A stretch of 64,000 nt of DNA from assembly GCF_009914755.1 (NCBI RefSeq), contig NC_060930.1; one strand, written 5' to 3'. This document shows, in pieces, positions 30,050 to 46,225 of the stretch. A model generated the notes under the pieces. It saw nothing but the letters and a program-made list of their open reading frames with translations, did not search any database and was not told where the DNA came from. The position numbers and the translations under genes are program-made. Source of the stretch: the human T2T-CHM13v2.0 reference genome, Homo sapiens. Every line of letters starts with the position of its first letter. Positions within the stretch are counted from its first letter, which is position 1.

Positions 30050-30150
30050 ACTTGTTAATTTGTCATTAAAATATTATTTATTATGCACCTACTGTGTGCC
30101 AGACATTATGCTAAGCCCTAAGGACACACTGATGAATAAAACAGCTGCCA
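30050..30150 (+). mobile_element. L2 3'-end fragment (L2 sense orientation not firmly assigned)
   Basis: tttattatgcacctactgtgtgccagacattatgctaagccctaaggacacactgatgaataaaacag. Confidence 0.6.
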
Positions 30151-32505
30151 TCTTTTCTAGGAGTCTTTCTGAATGCTGGAAACACACTGCTGGAAACATT
30201 TGTATAAGTAGTCTGCTGGTATTTTGATAGTTCTACTGGAAAACATGTTAGAATATTTTGTATACCTTTCGCAAATATACAATGTAAGATTAATTATGAC
30301 ATTTCACAGATACCATCTCCTGTTGCATTTTTAAAGCTATAAGGACTACAAAGACTAACCTGGTGAGTTTATCTTGATTTACGTACTATTAGAATAGAGT
30401 TTGCATCAAGTAATTTTCAAAAATTCTAGTGCTATTCTTTACATTTTCTAAATTTTTGTTTTATTTTTTGGTATTGTATCACAATGTTATAAAAATAAAC
30501 CATTGTCTCAAAAGCTAGCCATTAAAATATAAAAGGAATCTATAACAAATATTTTGAAAATGAAGTTTTACAGGAGACTCAATCCATTTTCCCTGAGTCC
30601 TCAGAGGATTGTTTATTATGAAGCTTTGTCAATGAGCAGCATAAATTCATCAAAGATTTCTTGTCATTTTCAAAGCACAGTGACCTTTCTTATATTCCAA
30701 TAATCTTCCCAGAGTAAGGTAAAATAATGCATTTCTATGTAAAAAGACATCATTCAAAGGTACAAAACCAGATAAAAGTCACAGTATTGCTAAGAAGTTG
30801 TAAAACCCACATACTTCATGAAAACTATTTCAGAGAAAGGGCAAAATGATCATTTCATAAAATTCTTTAATCTGAAAGCAGACTTGAATATTGTATCAGT
30901 GGCATGCAATATGGAGGTTTAATTATTTTCTATGTACTAACGGATATTTTATATTGACATTTGAGAAACTGACTTTTGGTTTAAATAACGATTACTTTGA
31001 AAAACACAATATAAACTGGCAATAACATTTGGTTATTTAAACTGTCTGATCAACAAAGAAAGGTATTGCCACATGAACAAAAGAGGTTGCACAAAAATGA
31101 TAATCTATTTACCACGTTGATTAGAGAAAACAGTTGGAAGTCAAAAATACATCTCTTCATCTTGAGTCACTGATGAAGAAAATAATTAAAATTTAAAATA
31201 CAATCACACTTTGCCTCTAAAGGTATGCTTTTTCTGCATGGTCTGCACATCCATGCTAGAATATGCTATCAAGAGTAGGTACTCACATGAGTATCTGAAA
31301 GGAGAAAAGATAATATTTACTTTAAAAACATTTTTTTTCAGGTGAATGATGATGCCATTGGAATATTCAGGATTCTGAGTAATATAACCTAATATTTTAG
31401 AACGAAACCATTATGGGTTTAAGCACAAGACTATCAGAATTTCTCAAAAGAACTGAACTTCTCCTAAATTACTTCATTGCCAAGAGATTGACTTTTTACT
31501 GTCACTCTTTCAAAGAACCAATCGTGTATTACTAGAAATATTTAGGAATATCATCACATGTTTCAACAGAACATTAACAAATCTTTCCCAATACAGAGTG
31601 CATTGAGAGATTGATTAAAAAGCATCTTCTATTACTATTCAAGTTAAGACTCTCCGACTACATTCTTCTGAATGTGATGTGGTCAACACTTAGCATCTGA
31701 CAAAATGTTGAGCGGTCTTCAGTGAAAATGAATAAGGACTGTCGGGTTCAATCCAAATAGCCAGAATGATCTGACAGACATGTCAAATACTTACAGCCTT
31801 TCTCAAATGTCTTTCATTTCAACAAAGTTTTCTAGTTGAGGGGAAATTGAGAAGCGGCAGAAACTGATCTGGTTAAAGTCATCCACTATCAAAACCAAGA
31901 TAGAAACAAACACTAACAACTACAAATTTTTATTGGGTTAGTTAAAATTATGGTGGACCTATTAAAATATCCAAAATAAATGATTTATTTTTGTCAGGCT
32001 TCTGTTAAGGAGGCTTTAGATAGACTGCTGCTGACTGCCCCCATCCAGACCCTAATGATCTTGCAGAGAAGTCTTCAAGCCCAGCCTTGGCAGCTGTCTA
32101 GCAGACCTTTCAGACTCTATGGCTGTCTTTACTTCCTACTCTCTTTGTTGGTTCCCAGAAGCTTAGATAATTAACCAAGACCCAAGAGCAGGAAGAATCA
32201 ACACTACATATATCTAATCCAGTTTGCCTCACATCACACAACCCTTTCTCTTTAGGAACATTTTTAGTTTGGGACCAAGCTTCTCATTCTCATTTTTCTT
32301 TGGCTGGGGCATTTGCTTTAGCCAGAGAACAATGCTCTGAGGCAAATGCATATGCTCCAAGAGGCATGAGCCCTGTTTAGAAGCCCCTTTTGAGTTAAGC
32401 TGTCATTAGCCAAGATGTTTGTGAACGTAGGTGATAGGGATTCTGATGACAGATACAACTGAACACCCATGACAATACAAATATGTTCCAATAGTCAGAA
32501 ATTCA

Positions 32506-32674
32506 GGCCAGGCGTAGTGGCTCATGCCTATAATCCCAGCACCCTGGAGGCTGAGGCAAGAAGATTGCTTGAGCCCAGGAGTTTGAGGCTACAGTGAGCC
32601 ATGATCATGCCACTGTACTCCAGCCTGGGTGACAGAGTGAGACCCTTTTTCAACAAAACAAAACAAAACAAAAA
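32506..32674 (+). mobile_element. Alu monomer (FRAM/FAM-like or AluJ-derived) with (AAAAC)n tail
   Basis: Single monomer: ggccaggcgtagtggctcatgcc...gattgcttgagcccaggagtttgaggctacagtgagccatgatc...gagtgagaccc. Confidence 0.88.
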
Positions 32675-35600
32675 CCTGCCGGTTGGTTTGCATTCAGATC
32701 CAGTACCATTTCTGCACAAAGTAGATATATCATATGGGGGCCAAAGCAGGAAAGAGATGACATCTCCAAAAGGATTTTACTGAAAATAAATTTACTAAAT
32801 GAACCACTTACAGAGGCGTGATTAGGGCTATAGGATGTTACATGGTGAGACATCTAGACACCAGCAATAATGCCATTGTCACCTAGGCCTGAAGGAGACG
32901 GAACTGGGTTCCCAGAGCCTGGTGAAAGCTGGATCTCCTGACCACAGTCTCAGCCATACAGAAATGCAACTGTTGCCAGAACATCAGCCAAGCATGGGAA
33001 GAGTGTGAAGATTAAATACCCCCAGCTCTCTTTCTTCCTGCTCTCCAGGGTCTTAATCAGTTCTTCCAGTTGGCCAAACCCAACAGGTAGACTGAGGGAA
33101 AGGATGCGTGAGCACTGATTAGTCTTCTAGTACTCAGATGAGCACACAGAAGACAGTGGCTGCAAACTAACAAGCCATGTTGTCCCTGGATACTTTCTAT
33201 CTTTCAGGTTTCTGGTTTCTCTGTGGAAAGGGTTTAAACTTCTCCTTGCTTGAATGGCTCTTTCTGCCTGACCGCACTGCACTCTCCAGGATCCCGAACA
33301 CAGCCTGACATTCAGCTGCAACCTTATTAATAACCCAGAACCCCAGTTCCTTAATGCTGAGATGTGGCATACATTTATTTTTGAATAAATTGTTCACTGG
33401 CAACATTGAGTTTAAGAAGAAGGGTGAAAAATTACTTGGAGAAGAAGACTTCCAGTCCTCTAATTATATCTCAATTACAGTATTTGTCTGTCCTCAAGCT
33501 TACCAATCAGACCGTGCAATTCTTATGAAAAGTGGACAATATTCAATGGAACATTTAACCTTTTTATACTATAAATAATCATGAAACACAATCACTACTA
33601 CTTATTTAGCACCCAGCAAGTTTTCAGCATAAATACTCCTGAGTCTCATAAAGTAAGTATTATCAATTCCATTGTAAAGATGAGACAACCAAGAATCAGA
33701 CAGCTTCTGTAACTAGCCTAAGGCCACACAGTAAAGAGCTAACCATTTGTGAAAGACTATTCAGGGATTTGCATGTCAGTTTTCACCATACAGATTTTGG
33801 GTCGATGATTATAGGCTCCTGGAGAGGTCCTTCCTCTCCAACTATGACTAGACCAAAGGCTACCTGTATAAATAATGGAAATACTTCATCATATGAAGGA
33901 GGTTTTTTTCTTCAGCAAAAGAATGCTTATTCATCTCTTCAATATAATTTTAATGAGGTCTTTCTGGCAACTCTATTGTAAATTAGATAATCCACCTCTT
34001 GCCCCAACCTCCTTTGTCTCTCTCCCTCTGCCATCTTTCCTAGCCCCCTTTTATTACTTATTGATTGTTTTCTCTCCTTATTAGATTGGAAGCTCCATGA
34101 AGGCAGAGGTTTTCATCATATCCCTGGTACTTAGAATAGCGCCTGGCATATATTTCAAATATTTGTTGAAAGAATAAATATTAACTAATTCTACCAAGAT
34201 CCTTATCCTTAAGAATCCCAGAAAGTGTTATCTTTGGCTGCTTATACTGTAGTAAGACTCACACAGGACTAATGACTTTTTTTCTGTATTTATGTTCAAT
34301 AAAAAGTAGCCTGAAGTCTGATAATAAACTTTGTTAGCAGTAATAAATACATCAGAGAAATTTCTGCTGATTAGTCTTTCTGTCGTTCTGATATTAAAAA
34401 TAACCTTTTATTATCTTCTCTTCTCCGAGATCTCTGTTTTCTGGCATTTTCTTGATCAAATCTCATCCTATATAGCTGTCCAAGTCTATTTGCCCTTGAT
34501 AAATGTATATGGTGTGGAGTGGAACATTTTCAGAAATGGGAGTGTAATCAGTGGAGGTCTCTGACTACACATTGTTGGTGGCATAATTAAGTAGAATTGT
34601 GGGTTTGTATTTATGTGAAGTACACAGGTGCAGAAAGGATGGGCTGTGTACAGAAATATGCAAATAAATAAATGTTTAATTTCATTTTGAGGGTCCAAAT
34701 ACCTATCCGAAGTTAACTACAAATGAGAGGACTTCTTCATAACCTACAGAAGCTTTTTTAAAGTCCTAATTATGCACACTTTTTAAGAAGTGCCAAATGG
34801 TGATTATTTGAAAGGAGCTAGGAAGGAGCCAAACCTTGAAAAGTACATAACTTTCTCTAAGTCAAAACTGAGTGTGCATGCACATATTTAGTTTTAACTA
34901 CAAAAAAAGGGTCTCTTTTTCTTACCCATAAAATATGAGGTATTCTGATCTTGGCTTTTTCTTTTTTTGACACTGAGCATAAAAAATTAACCTTAAAAGA
35001 AAGTCACAGATATATACCAACCTTAACTCTGCTGGTAATTAATGTTATCAGAAGGCCTAGCAGGATTATTCAGCAGCCTTTTTATCTCTGTATGATGAGT
35101 GGCTTCAAATAGCCTCCCATTTCTCATTGCCAGTTGGATGTCATCTCAAAACTGAGTAATAGCAGCAACTGTTCCTGGTAAAAATACTGCAGCCTCTTCC
35201 TTCAGAGTATGAAGTAAAGAAAGAAAAGCAGCTACATAATTATCTAATGATCAGTTTTTTTCCAAAGTAGTTGGAAGGTCAAAATTAGCTGGGAAAGGAG
35301 TACCAGAATGTTTTTCTGCTTTGACAGAAAGCACAAAACGTTTTCGTTAAACCCTTTTTATGTAAATATTTTCATATTATTTGTTTCTGTACACATGGAC
35401 ACACAGATATTCACAATTATTGCACACCATTTTGAATTTGGAAAGAAACAATCTCTGCATTCCTCAGCCATGTATGTTAGCATTGCCTGAAATGTTTCAA
35501 GGAGAATTGATTTTCAGGCTGTACTGCACTGTAGTGTACTCCTTTCTTCTAAACCCCAAATTTGAGCTTATAATAGATTTAAAAGGGAGCTGGAAAAGGA

Positions 35601-35913
35601 ACTGCAGGAAAAAATGTAAAGTTTTTGCTAAAATGTCTCCAAGAGGCTTTATAGACTTTGCAGTGCAATTCCTTTGAGAGGACAAGCCACAGCGTGCATG
35701 CCCACAGTCATCGATGATGACAGTTGATGCTAAATATTATCAGATGACATATTTAACTTTGTGCAGATATGTAAATGACTTTTATCTTTTCCAAAGCTAC
35801 CTATAAAATCATGTCTTCTGAATGCAATTCCCATCATTTTCAAAGTACTTTAATTTTCTATATTGCTACTGAAAATCAATTTATCAGACAAATAACACAA
35901 CTTCTAGCTTTAG

Positions 35914-36231
<318 letters not shown>

Positions 36232-36412
36232 TAAACCCTTTTTATTTTAAGAATTAAGAATACTTTGCATCATTTTGTTCTCAGTATTATAAAAGATAAA
36301 GGAAATACTATAAATGAATACACATGGGAGTATTTCTAAAAGGCTTTTGAGCAATTTTCTTAGGATTGAAAATGGAAATATGCAAAATCATTCCACAGCT
36401 TCCACAAAAAGA

Positions 36413-36438
36413 AGTAGGGTAACAAATGTTACCCTACT
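36413..36438. repeat. Perfect inverted repeat, 12-bp arms, 2-nt spacer
   Basis: agtagggtaaca-aa-tgttaccctact. Confidence 0.95.
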
Positions 36439-37321
36439 GACCAACTCTGGCAGTTAAAGAATATATCCTGCTATCATCTGTAGTAGGATGAGGAAAAAAA
36501 ACATCGTTGCTATATGATTTCATTTTTACTACAAATCAGGAAACATAGAGCCCATGGTTTGAAATTAGAGGGTTTTTAAAAACCATATTTTAATGGCTTA
36601 TGACAGCTATTATATAAACAATCATTATTTGGGAAAATATTTTAATGAAGCTTTTTTCCTTTTCTCTCACAAGCTAAATTGTTTGTTATTTCTGAGAGTA
36701 AAACCATTCTACTTGTTAGATAATTTACAGTAAACACACATCCTCTTAATCACATCACAGAAGCTTAAATGGATTTGTAAAACCATTAAAAAATCAATAC
36801 TTAGCTTTTAGGTGATGAATTAATTAATAGAGTGTGAATGCTTGAAGTCTGCATTACCCAGAATGCACTAGGGCTTTTCATAACATCACTGTCAATGGGA
36901 ACAGTATACAAAGTAATGTATGTGATGTAACTAGTTGGGAAGTGCTGATAAAAATCTATCAATCCCTGCTTCCCAGTGAGAATATTCCGGTAAAACCTGT
37001 TTTCTGGTAGGAAAAATAATGGAGTTATTTTTCATTTACATATAGTGATGAGAGAAAACAGTGTTGCTGATAAATAAAACACAGAGAAAAGATAATCAGA
37101 GGGTATGTCACCTCTTTCTCATTGGCCAGGCATTGTGTGATAACCCGCACAATGGCATGATAGGAAACTGTGAAGGGCTGTAGGGATCAGAGTTGTTTTC
37201 CTCCATAAAATTTTTTTAAAGTATTCTTTTGCAAGTAAGTCATGTTTTCCTAATTTCATTTGGGTTTATTTTATCCTATCCATCTTCCAGTGCTTCTTTC
37301 CACTTTAAAATTTCCTCCTCA

Positions 37322-37644
<323 letters not shown>

Positions 37645-38139
37645 TTACATCCAGTCTACAGGGAAGTATAATGAGATGCTGGACCTTGACTTCAAGAATT
37701 TGCACTCTAGTTGAAAAATAGTATAAAATCCACCATTACTAACAAAAAGGTAATTAGAAAAGAGAGTTTTATGTTTTGAAGGGGTAAAACATATGTAATT
37801 TTGAGGTTAATCTTTTGTAAAAAAGAACACCCATTTATGAATATAAATTAAATAGGAATGCTTCCACTTTGGGTTAAGATTTCAGCCAGACCTAGGATCT
37901 CATTGAAAACAACTTTTAAAGCCAAGAATATGGTCAGAAAAAAGATCTGCTTAAAGATTTTGGTGAACTGTTGTGGCAACCAAGACTTGGGGGAAAAAAC
38001 AATCTCTGAGAAAGGGGAACAATGTAGTGTGAAGAATCAGGGCATTTGCTGACTGTAGCTTAGAATCCAAAGCCTTGTGTAGAGAACCTCTACCAAGAGA
38101 CAGAACAATGAGGAGAGAATTTTGGTAATCTGTGGAAAC

Positions 38140-40400
38140 AGAGGGATAAAATTATAATCCTGTGGAGATAAGACCCTAATTAAGACAGAAATCAGTAGCC
38201 AAAGATAATTTTAAAAAAAGTAACTTTTTGTATGTTAAGCTGTTGGTCAAATAAGAAATTAAAAAGAAATAAAAACATTTAAAACTAGTTGATGATAAAA
38301 AAAGACATATCGAATTCTGAAGCAGCTGAAGCTAAGAAGAAAATGTGTAGTCTTGCATTCATGTATTAGAAAATTGAAAGCCAAAAATTGGTGAACTAAC
38401 CAGCTACTTCAAGAAATTAGAAAAAGGACAATAAATTAATCTCAATGAAAACAAAAGGAAGAAAGAATATATAACAGCAGAACTGACTAAAGTACAATAA
38501 TTAAAAAAAATCAATAGCCAAAATATGATTCTTTGAAATGAATAATTAAAATTGGTCAACCTACAGAAAGACTAAGTGAGAAAGAAGAAGTTCCACAATC
38601 TGTATGTGAACCTGTGAGAGAAGAAACTAATGATCAATATCAAGAATAAAAGGGAAGACATCATCAAAGATCCCTCAGATATTTAAAATATAATACAAGA
38701 ATATTATAGACACCTTATTTGAAAAAATAGACATTTAGACGAAATGGATAAATTACTAGAAAAATACAGTTTATCACCTCTGAAAGTAGAAGAAAATGCA
38801 ACTACTATATATTATATATACTAATATAATAAAATCTACAATTAAAATCTTATTCTCTGGTTGCCTCCCAATATATACAATGTCATACTTAATAAATAGC
38901 AAAAACCTTAGACATAATTTTCCAGAGAATAAAAAAAGCAAGAGAGATCATTCCAGAAGCTGAATTATTATTAGCAAAGAAATTTTTAGGTCCATCTCCT
39001 TCATGAAAATAGATGCTGAAATCTTAATCAAAAGAATACCTCAAAGTGTGGAAAAATCATTTGATAAAATTCAACAACTTTCATGATGAAAACTCTTAAT
39101 AAACCTAAAACATGTGTTGTGATGGTGTATCTAGATTTTACAAAATAATCTATAAACCATTAGAATGAATATGTGAACTTAAATGGTGGTTTGATAGTGT
39201 TATAAAAATAAAAAATATTACTTAGCAGTAAAAAACTATAGAGAATAAAATTTAAAAAGCAATAACATTTTAAAAGGAATCTTAACAAAAGATGCATAAA
39301 AATTACAATACACTATTGAGAAAAATTAATATTTAGAAAGACAGAGGAAATTAACATTTCATGCATTGGAGGACTTAATATATTTAAAATGGTATTTCTC
39401 CATGAGCTGATATATAGAATTAAGCTCAATCTAAATTTTATATAAATGGAATTAATAATAAAATATATAGGGATTTTAAGTCTGGGTTCTTTCACTCAGC
39501 ATAATGCATTTGTTATTTATTTATTTTGTCTCGTTTTATCTATATAGTTGTTGTTTATGGTAGGAGGGTAAATCTGGTTGCTGCTACACCATCTTGAACA
39601 GAATTAGAAGTCTCTTCTACTGGTATTTTGGTTTTGAAACTTCTACTATTTTCATTGTTATTTTAATCTAGAAACTTTCAGATGTTTAAAATTAATTTAA
39701 AATTTTGACTATTCTGCTAAAGTATGATAAAATGAAATGCTTTAACCCCAATTACCCCCTTCTGATTTATATGCTATGTTATTATATGCATTTGATTCCA
39801 TTGTTTTTATTATCTCTCCAGAGTAGGTATTATTATTATATTTGTTTATATTTACCCAATAAGTAGATACATTTGTGAAGGTCCTTTTTTGGGTATACAA
39901 TTTTAAAAATGTCTTTACCATCCCTTTTAAATATAATTTATCTGGTATATAATTCTTTCATTGCAACTATTCTGCTTGGGCTTTCTGAATCTGAGTATTC
40001 CAGGTCTTCCTCTTTTAAAATGTAGGTATTGCTCAGGAGCTTTTTCTTCAGGAGTTTTATGTTTTCTGTAGAGCTGGAGGATAGAATGTGGTGGAAAGTC
40101 GAGAGGAGGAGGGCCCACTTTGCCCCGACATCCCATTTGGATTGGGTGCCATGTTTTTACCTCCTATGCCTCTGTCTGCCATTACAATTTAGATCTGGCA
40201 GCTCTCAAGGAAGGTGCTAGTTCCAGAGTTTGTTTACCTCCATTGACTCACACTTTCACCTTTTTTTCTGCCCTCAAAGATTTCCTTTCCTTCCTGTCAG
40301 CTAAGCAGAGCATTTAAAGAGATTTTAAAACAAAATCATTTTGGATCAATTTCAGTTTTTGGAAAACTTTCCAGACAAAGTTTCTGGAAGTCCAGTCTGC
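38140..40400. mobile_element. Cluster of old L1M fragments (sense ORF2 to ~39480, then antisense pieces)
   Basis: catttagacgaaatggataaattactagaaaaatac, catttgataaaattcaac, then tctttcactcagcataatgcatttg in antisense. Confidence 0.7.
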
Positions 40401-42799
40401 CTCATTACCAGAAAAGGTATCATGGGAAGAACTTGTGGGTTCTGTTTGTGCACAGGTTTGTTTACCCTATTAGACTATAAACTCTATCCAGGTTGAGACT
40501 GTGTTTTAGTCTCAACACAGACTTTGAAAAGAGTAGTTGGGGGAACCATGGTTGACGCAATTTTTGAAAAGGAGTGAGTAGCCAACATTTTAAAATCTAG
40601 AGGAGAAATAAGGCATCCAAGAATGAAGACAGGTCATAGGACACAAAAGTTAGAAGGTAATTTTGAAAGAACACTTTCTGAAAGGTGGTAGAGAGAAAAG
40701 GTATATAAAGAGGTGAGTGGAGGAGTAAAAGTTAAATGGTAAAGTAACTTTTCCAAATATTATGAGAATAAGGAGTAACGATGATGAGGATGAGAGCTTG
40801 ACAAGGAAGGATAAGAAAAAAATGTAATATGAGAGATCTTTAATCCAAGCTGAGTGGCAGATCCAATGAAGAGTGAGAAATTAAGCTAGAGGAAGAATAA
40901 GTAATTAATGGAACAAGTTCAGAGAGGAGGTAGAAAAAATATGAGATCACGAGAATAGTTAGAATGGTTAGCTTCAAAACAGAACAGAGAAAGAAAGATT
41001 GTGTGGACCCATAATTCAGTTAAGAGAGGCAAGAAAGGTTGAGCAAAATATTACCTGTTGGGAACTATGTTCTCATTTATGTATAACGTATTTCTCAAGC
41101 ACTACATAAAAAGGATTAGAAGCAGCTGGAACATTGGTAAAATGACAAGAAACTGCATCTGAATAACTTAATTGGAACAGCTGCAAGAAAATTTATAGCA
41201 ATAAATAGTTAACATTGAATTCTGTATGAAACTATAACAAAGAGAAAAAGGCTTGGGGAATAGGTCCATATGACTCAAAAGAAAATATCTAGATTCTCAT
41301 TTATTTTCACTTAGCACTCCCATTTGAGAAGTGCATAACATTAGTCTTTCATCATGTAATAATAGTAACACCTACCAGGTTATCCTAGGTTTGTTAGGAG
41401 TTGTGATTTGAGATATGAAGGCAAAAATTGTGAGTCTCTTCTGAGGCCTGAGTGGAAGCATCTCTGTCCCTCTAATTAGATGGAGGCAAGAGTCAAGACT
41501 GAGTTTTGCCTGATTTTCCCAGATGTGGAGACCCAGGGACTCAATGTTGAATTTCAGTGTACAGGGAAACTTCAATACACGGTGCCACATCTGCTGCAAA
41601 GATTCTAAATCAGGTCATGAAAAATGTAAGAAGAATTCTTAAATGCGCCAGACCCAGAAAAGATTGATGATTAGATTTCACAACAGACTTCACTAACATT
41701 TCAGGTATAATTTACATTTGAATATTTTTTCCTGACACAAAATTTAATATAATATTCAAGTTAAATAATGTCCAAGGCATTCTTTGAATCATTGACAAGA
41801 AAGTATATATTTTGTACAGGCCCTTTTCTACCCTTAGATTTTTCACAATTCATTCTTTTAGATAGAAAAGAAATACATACCCCTGAATATCCACTCACTG
41901 AGTCACTGAAAGGCAATGGCCCAATACAAATATTGTAATAAAAGATGAAGCTAAGAAGGACTAAATAAGAAGCAAAGATCAAATGGAAAATGTTCTTTTC
42001 AAAATGAAACACTTAGTCCAGGAAAGCCTGGGGTGTCAAACCTTGAACCTGAGAAGAGCTTGGCTCTGAAACCTTGGCTTCTAGTATGAATGTGTCTGCT
42101 ACTCTCTGGGTGGCTCCATGGGACATATACTTCTGAAGTGTGGAGAAATAAAGAAATTGCAGCCTGAAATGTAGAGCTGTCTGAAGACAATGTCTTGTTC
42201 ATCAGCCCACTCCAGGTTACCATTATCTAACTTTATTATAATTTCAACCCCAGGACCAGAAACCATACTGCTCTCTTTGGGCCCACTGTGGGGTTCTCTC
42301 TGTGGAGCACCCCATCTGATATACACTTACTTTTATGATTATTTCTATTGCAATGCAAGTATTGTGCCCTGGTTGCTCAAAGTATCATCAACTAGCAACT
42401 AAATGGACCCTGTTAGTAAATGCCAGGGTAACTAAATCCTCTCAAGGGAAAACAAGCATTATTGTAGAAGGGGATTATTATTTTTTAGGGGAAATAATTA
42501 TTATCTTTTAGGGGAAAAATGGTTTCATAGAAAGGAGTGGCTGTAATAAGGGTAATGTCAGAGCTGGGATTAACTAGTGGGAAAGAAAGTACTGATTGAG
42601 ACAGTTCTTGTGTCTATTGTTGTTCCAGACTTTCAGGTGAAGAGGAGGAATTTCAAATTTTAAGGCTATTGAGCATGCATTTTGCACCAAGCACTGCGTT
42701 TGTCCTTTACCCTGCATTATGTCTTTTAACTCTCCCTCAAACAATTGAAAAAATGAGCCACAGAGTTTCAGTAACTTTTCCATAGAGTATTTAAATTCA

Positions 42800-43390
42800 T
42801 GTGTGCTTGCAACTTAAGTCAAATCATGTTAATTCTCTGCTTATGATACTCCAGTCATTTCTAGTAACACTTAGGAAAGTAAAATTCAAAGTCCCTACTG
42901 TATTCTACAGGGACTTACATTGCCTGGTCTCTGTCTATATCTCTGTCTCTATTTTCTACGATTATGTCCTTCCTGTCTTTAGCCACATGGCCAGCTTTCT
43001 ATTCTTTGAGCATACAAGCTTGCTTACACACATCATCTTTGCATTTTCTGGTCCCACTGGCTGGAAAGCTTTTCCCCCAGATACCTGCCTAGCCTGCTCC
43101 AGTCTCTACTCAAACATCTCCTCCTCAGAGAGGGCTTCTCTGCTGCACTATATACAAGAACACACACTACGCCATATCATGCTCAATTCTTTGGCCCTAC
43201 TTTATTTTTCTTTGAGGCCTTTTCACTGTATGTTATCATATTATACCATAACATATCATATTTTTATTTTATTACATTTTCTACTAGAATGTAAGTAAGC
43301 TCTGGGGATGAAGGCATTTTGCTTCATTAGTGCTTAGAACAACATCTGGCTTTAGTAGGTACTCAACAAATGTTGACTATAAGAATAAAT
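42800..43390. mobile_element. L2 3' region
   Basis: aagtcaaatcatgtt...tttcccccagatacctgc...ctagaatgtaag...gtgcttagaacaacatctggctttagtaggtactcaacaaatgttg. Confidence 0.75.
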
Positions 43391-43552
43391 TATATGACTG
43401 GTTTTCTCTCTGTAGTCTTATGCACTATTTTGGTGCCATAGTAATATTGTTTTATACCTGTTGCTAATGTTTACTGGGTGCTTGTTACATTTGAGGCATG
43501 AATTAAGTGTCTTACAAACTTTATTACATTTAATTTTCACCAATGTACTACT

Positions 43553-43642
43553 TCATTTTATATAAGGGAATTGAGCATTTGCAGAATTTGATATCCACGG
43601 GGGTTCTGGAACCAATCCCCTGGGTATACCCGGAGATGACTG
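43553..43642 (+). mobile_element. Tigger4/MER46-like terminal fragment nested in a MIR (~43445-43810)
   Basis: cattttatataagggaattgagcatt...gatatccacgggggttctggaaccaatcccc...atgactg followed by TA; MIR motifs on both sides. Confidence 0.7.
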
Positions 43643-44510
43643 TACTCACATAAAGGCAGATGAATGAGAAACTATTATTATTATCCCAATTGTTCATATA
43701 ACATATGATTCTCACAAAAATTAAATAATAGATCACAAAACGAATAAGTGGAGTAGCTGGGATTTGAAACCAGGTATGTGTGACTCTGGTTCCATCCCTA
43801 AAACCACTGTAGACAGTCATGACTGAGTTGTATTAATGATGATTTTACTATATCCATCCCTATTAGGAATCAGTGATCTAGCCCAACTCCTCATACAGAC
43901 AAGAAACATGGAGGCCTATATTTAAGAATAGGAAACAGAGCAAGATCTAGAGTCTTTATTTCAGTATCTTTTCCTGCACATGCCATATTGGCCTGTGACT
44001 AATAAAGAATTTGTTGAAGAATGTTAACTACTAATCAAGAGGGAAAAATATTTAGGTACTTCCTGACAACACTAATCAAAATACCACATTCAGTGGCAAA
44101 TTCATAAGGAAAGTATGGAAATTCACATTTGGAAGTGTGAACAATATTTGGATGAAATAAGAATCCTTTAAATATAAACTTGAAATTAACCCACAATATT
44201 TGTGAGATTTTAGCACATTCCTGGTTGACACAGGCAGACTCTTGTCAATCAAAAATAGACTTCTGTCCAGTTCATAACCATTTTTAATACATTTAAATAA
44301 CATGACCCAAATAAATGAGAAACTCACTCCATTGCTTATTTCTTCATAAACAATGTACACCCTTGAAGATGACTATTCTCAGCTGTTGGAGCAAATTTCA
44401 ATATAGTTTACTCACAGAGGTTGAAAATAGCATCAACATTCTGGTATATTAAAGGATAATCATCATCCAAAGTCATAATATAATGGCTGAACACATAAAA
44501 ATAAAATATA

Positions 44511-44633
44511 GATCAGGCACAGTAGCTCCTGCCTGTAATCCTAGCAGTTTGGGAACCCGAGGAGAGAGGATCGCTTGAGATCAGGAGTTCCAGACCAACC
44601 TGGACAACATAATGAGACCAGGTTGCTACAAAA

Positions 44634-44666
<33 letters not shown>

Positions 44667-44809
44667 AGGACATGGTGTCATGTGCATGTAGTCTCAGCTA
44701 CATGGGAGGCTGAGACAGGAGGATTGCTGGAGCCAGTAGGTCAAGTCTGCAGTAAGCTATGGTTGTGCCACAGCACTCCAGCCTGGGTGACAGAGTAAGA
44801 CCTTGTCTC
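44511..44809 (+). mobile_element. AluJ with expanded A28 middle linker; tail displaced by L1 insertion
   Basis: ggatcgcttgag...gaccaacctggacaacataatgagacc; A-run 44637-44664; tctgcagtaagctatg; ends ccttgtctc with no poly-A. Confidence 0.9.
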
Positions 44810-44822
44810 TATATATTTTTTT

Positions 44823-46225
<1,403 letters not shown>

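Noticed and set aside
31325-31380. Splice-acceptor-like ttttttttcag/gt and similar sites elsewhere (e.g. ~16770-16816)
   Set aside because: Such motifs are common in AT-rich DNA. lncRNA exons cannot be supported without transcript data.
42801-43298. 165-aa ORF
   Set aside because: It lies within an L2 remnant, has a GTG start and shows no domain signature.
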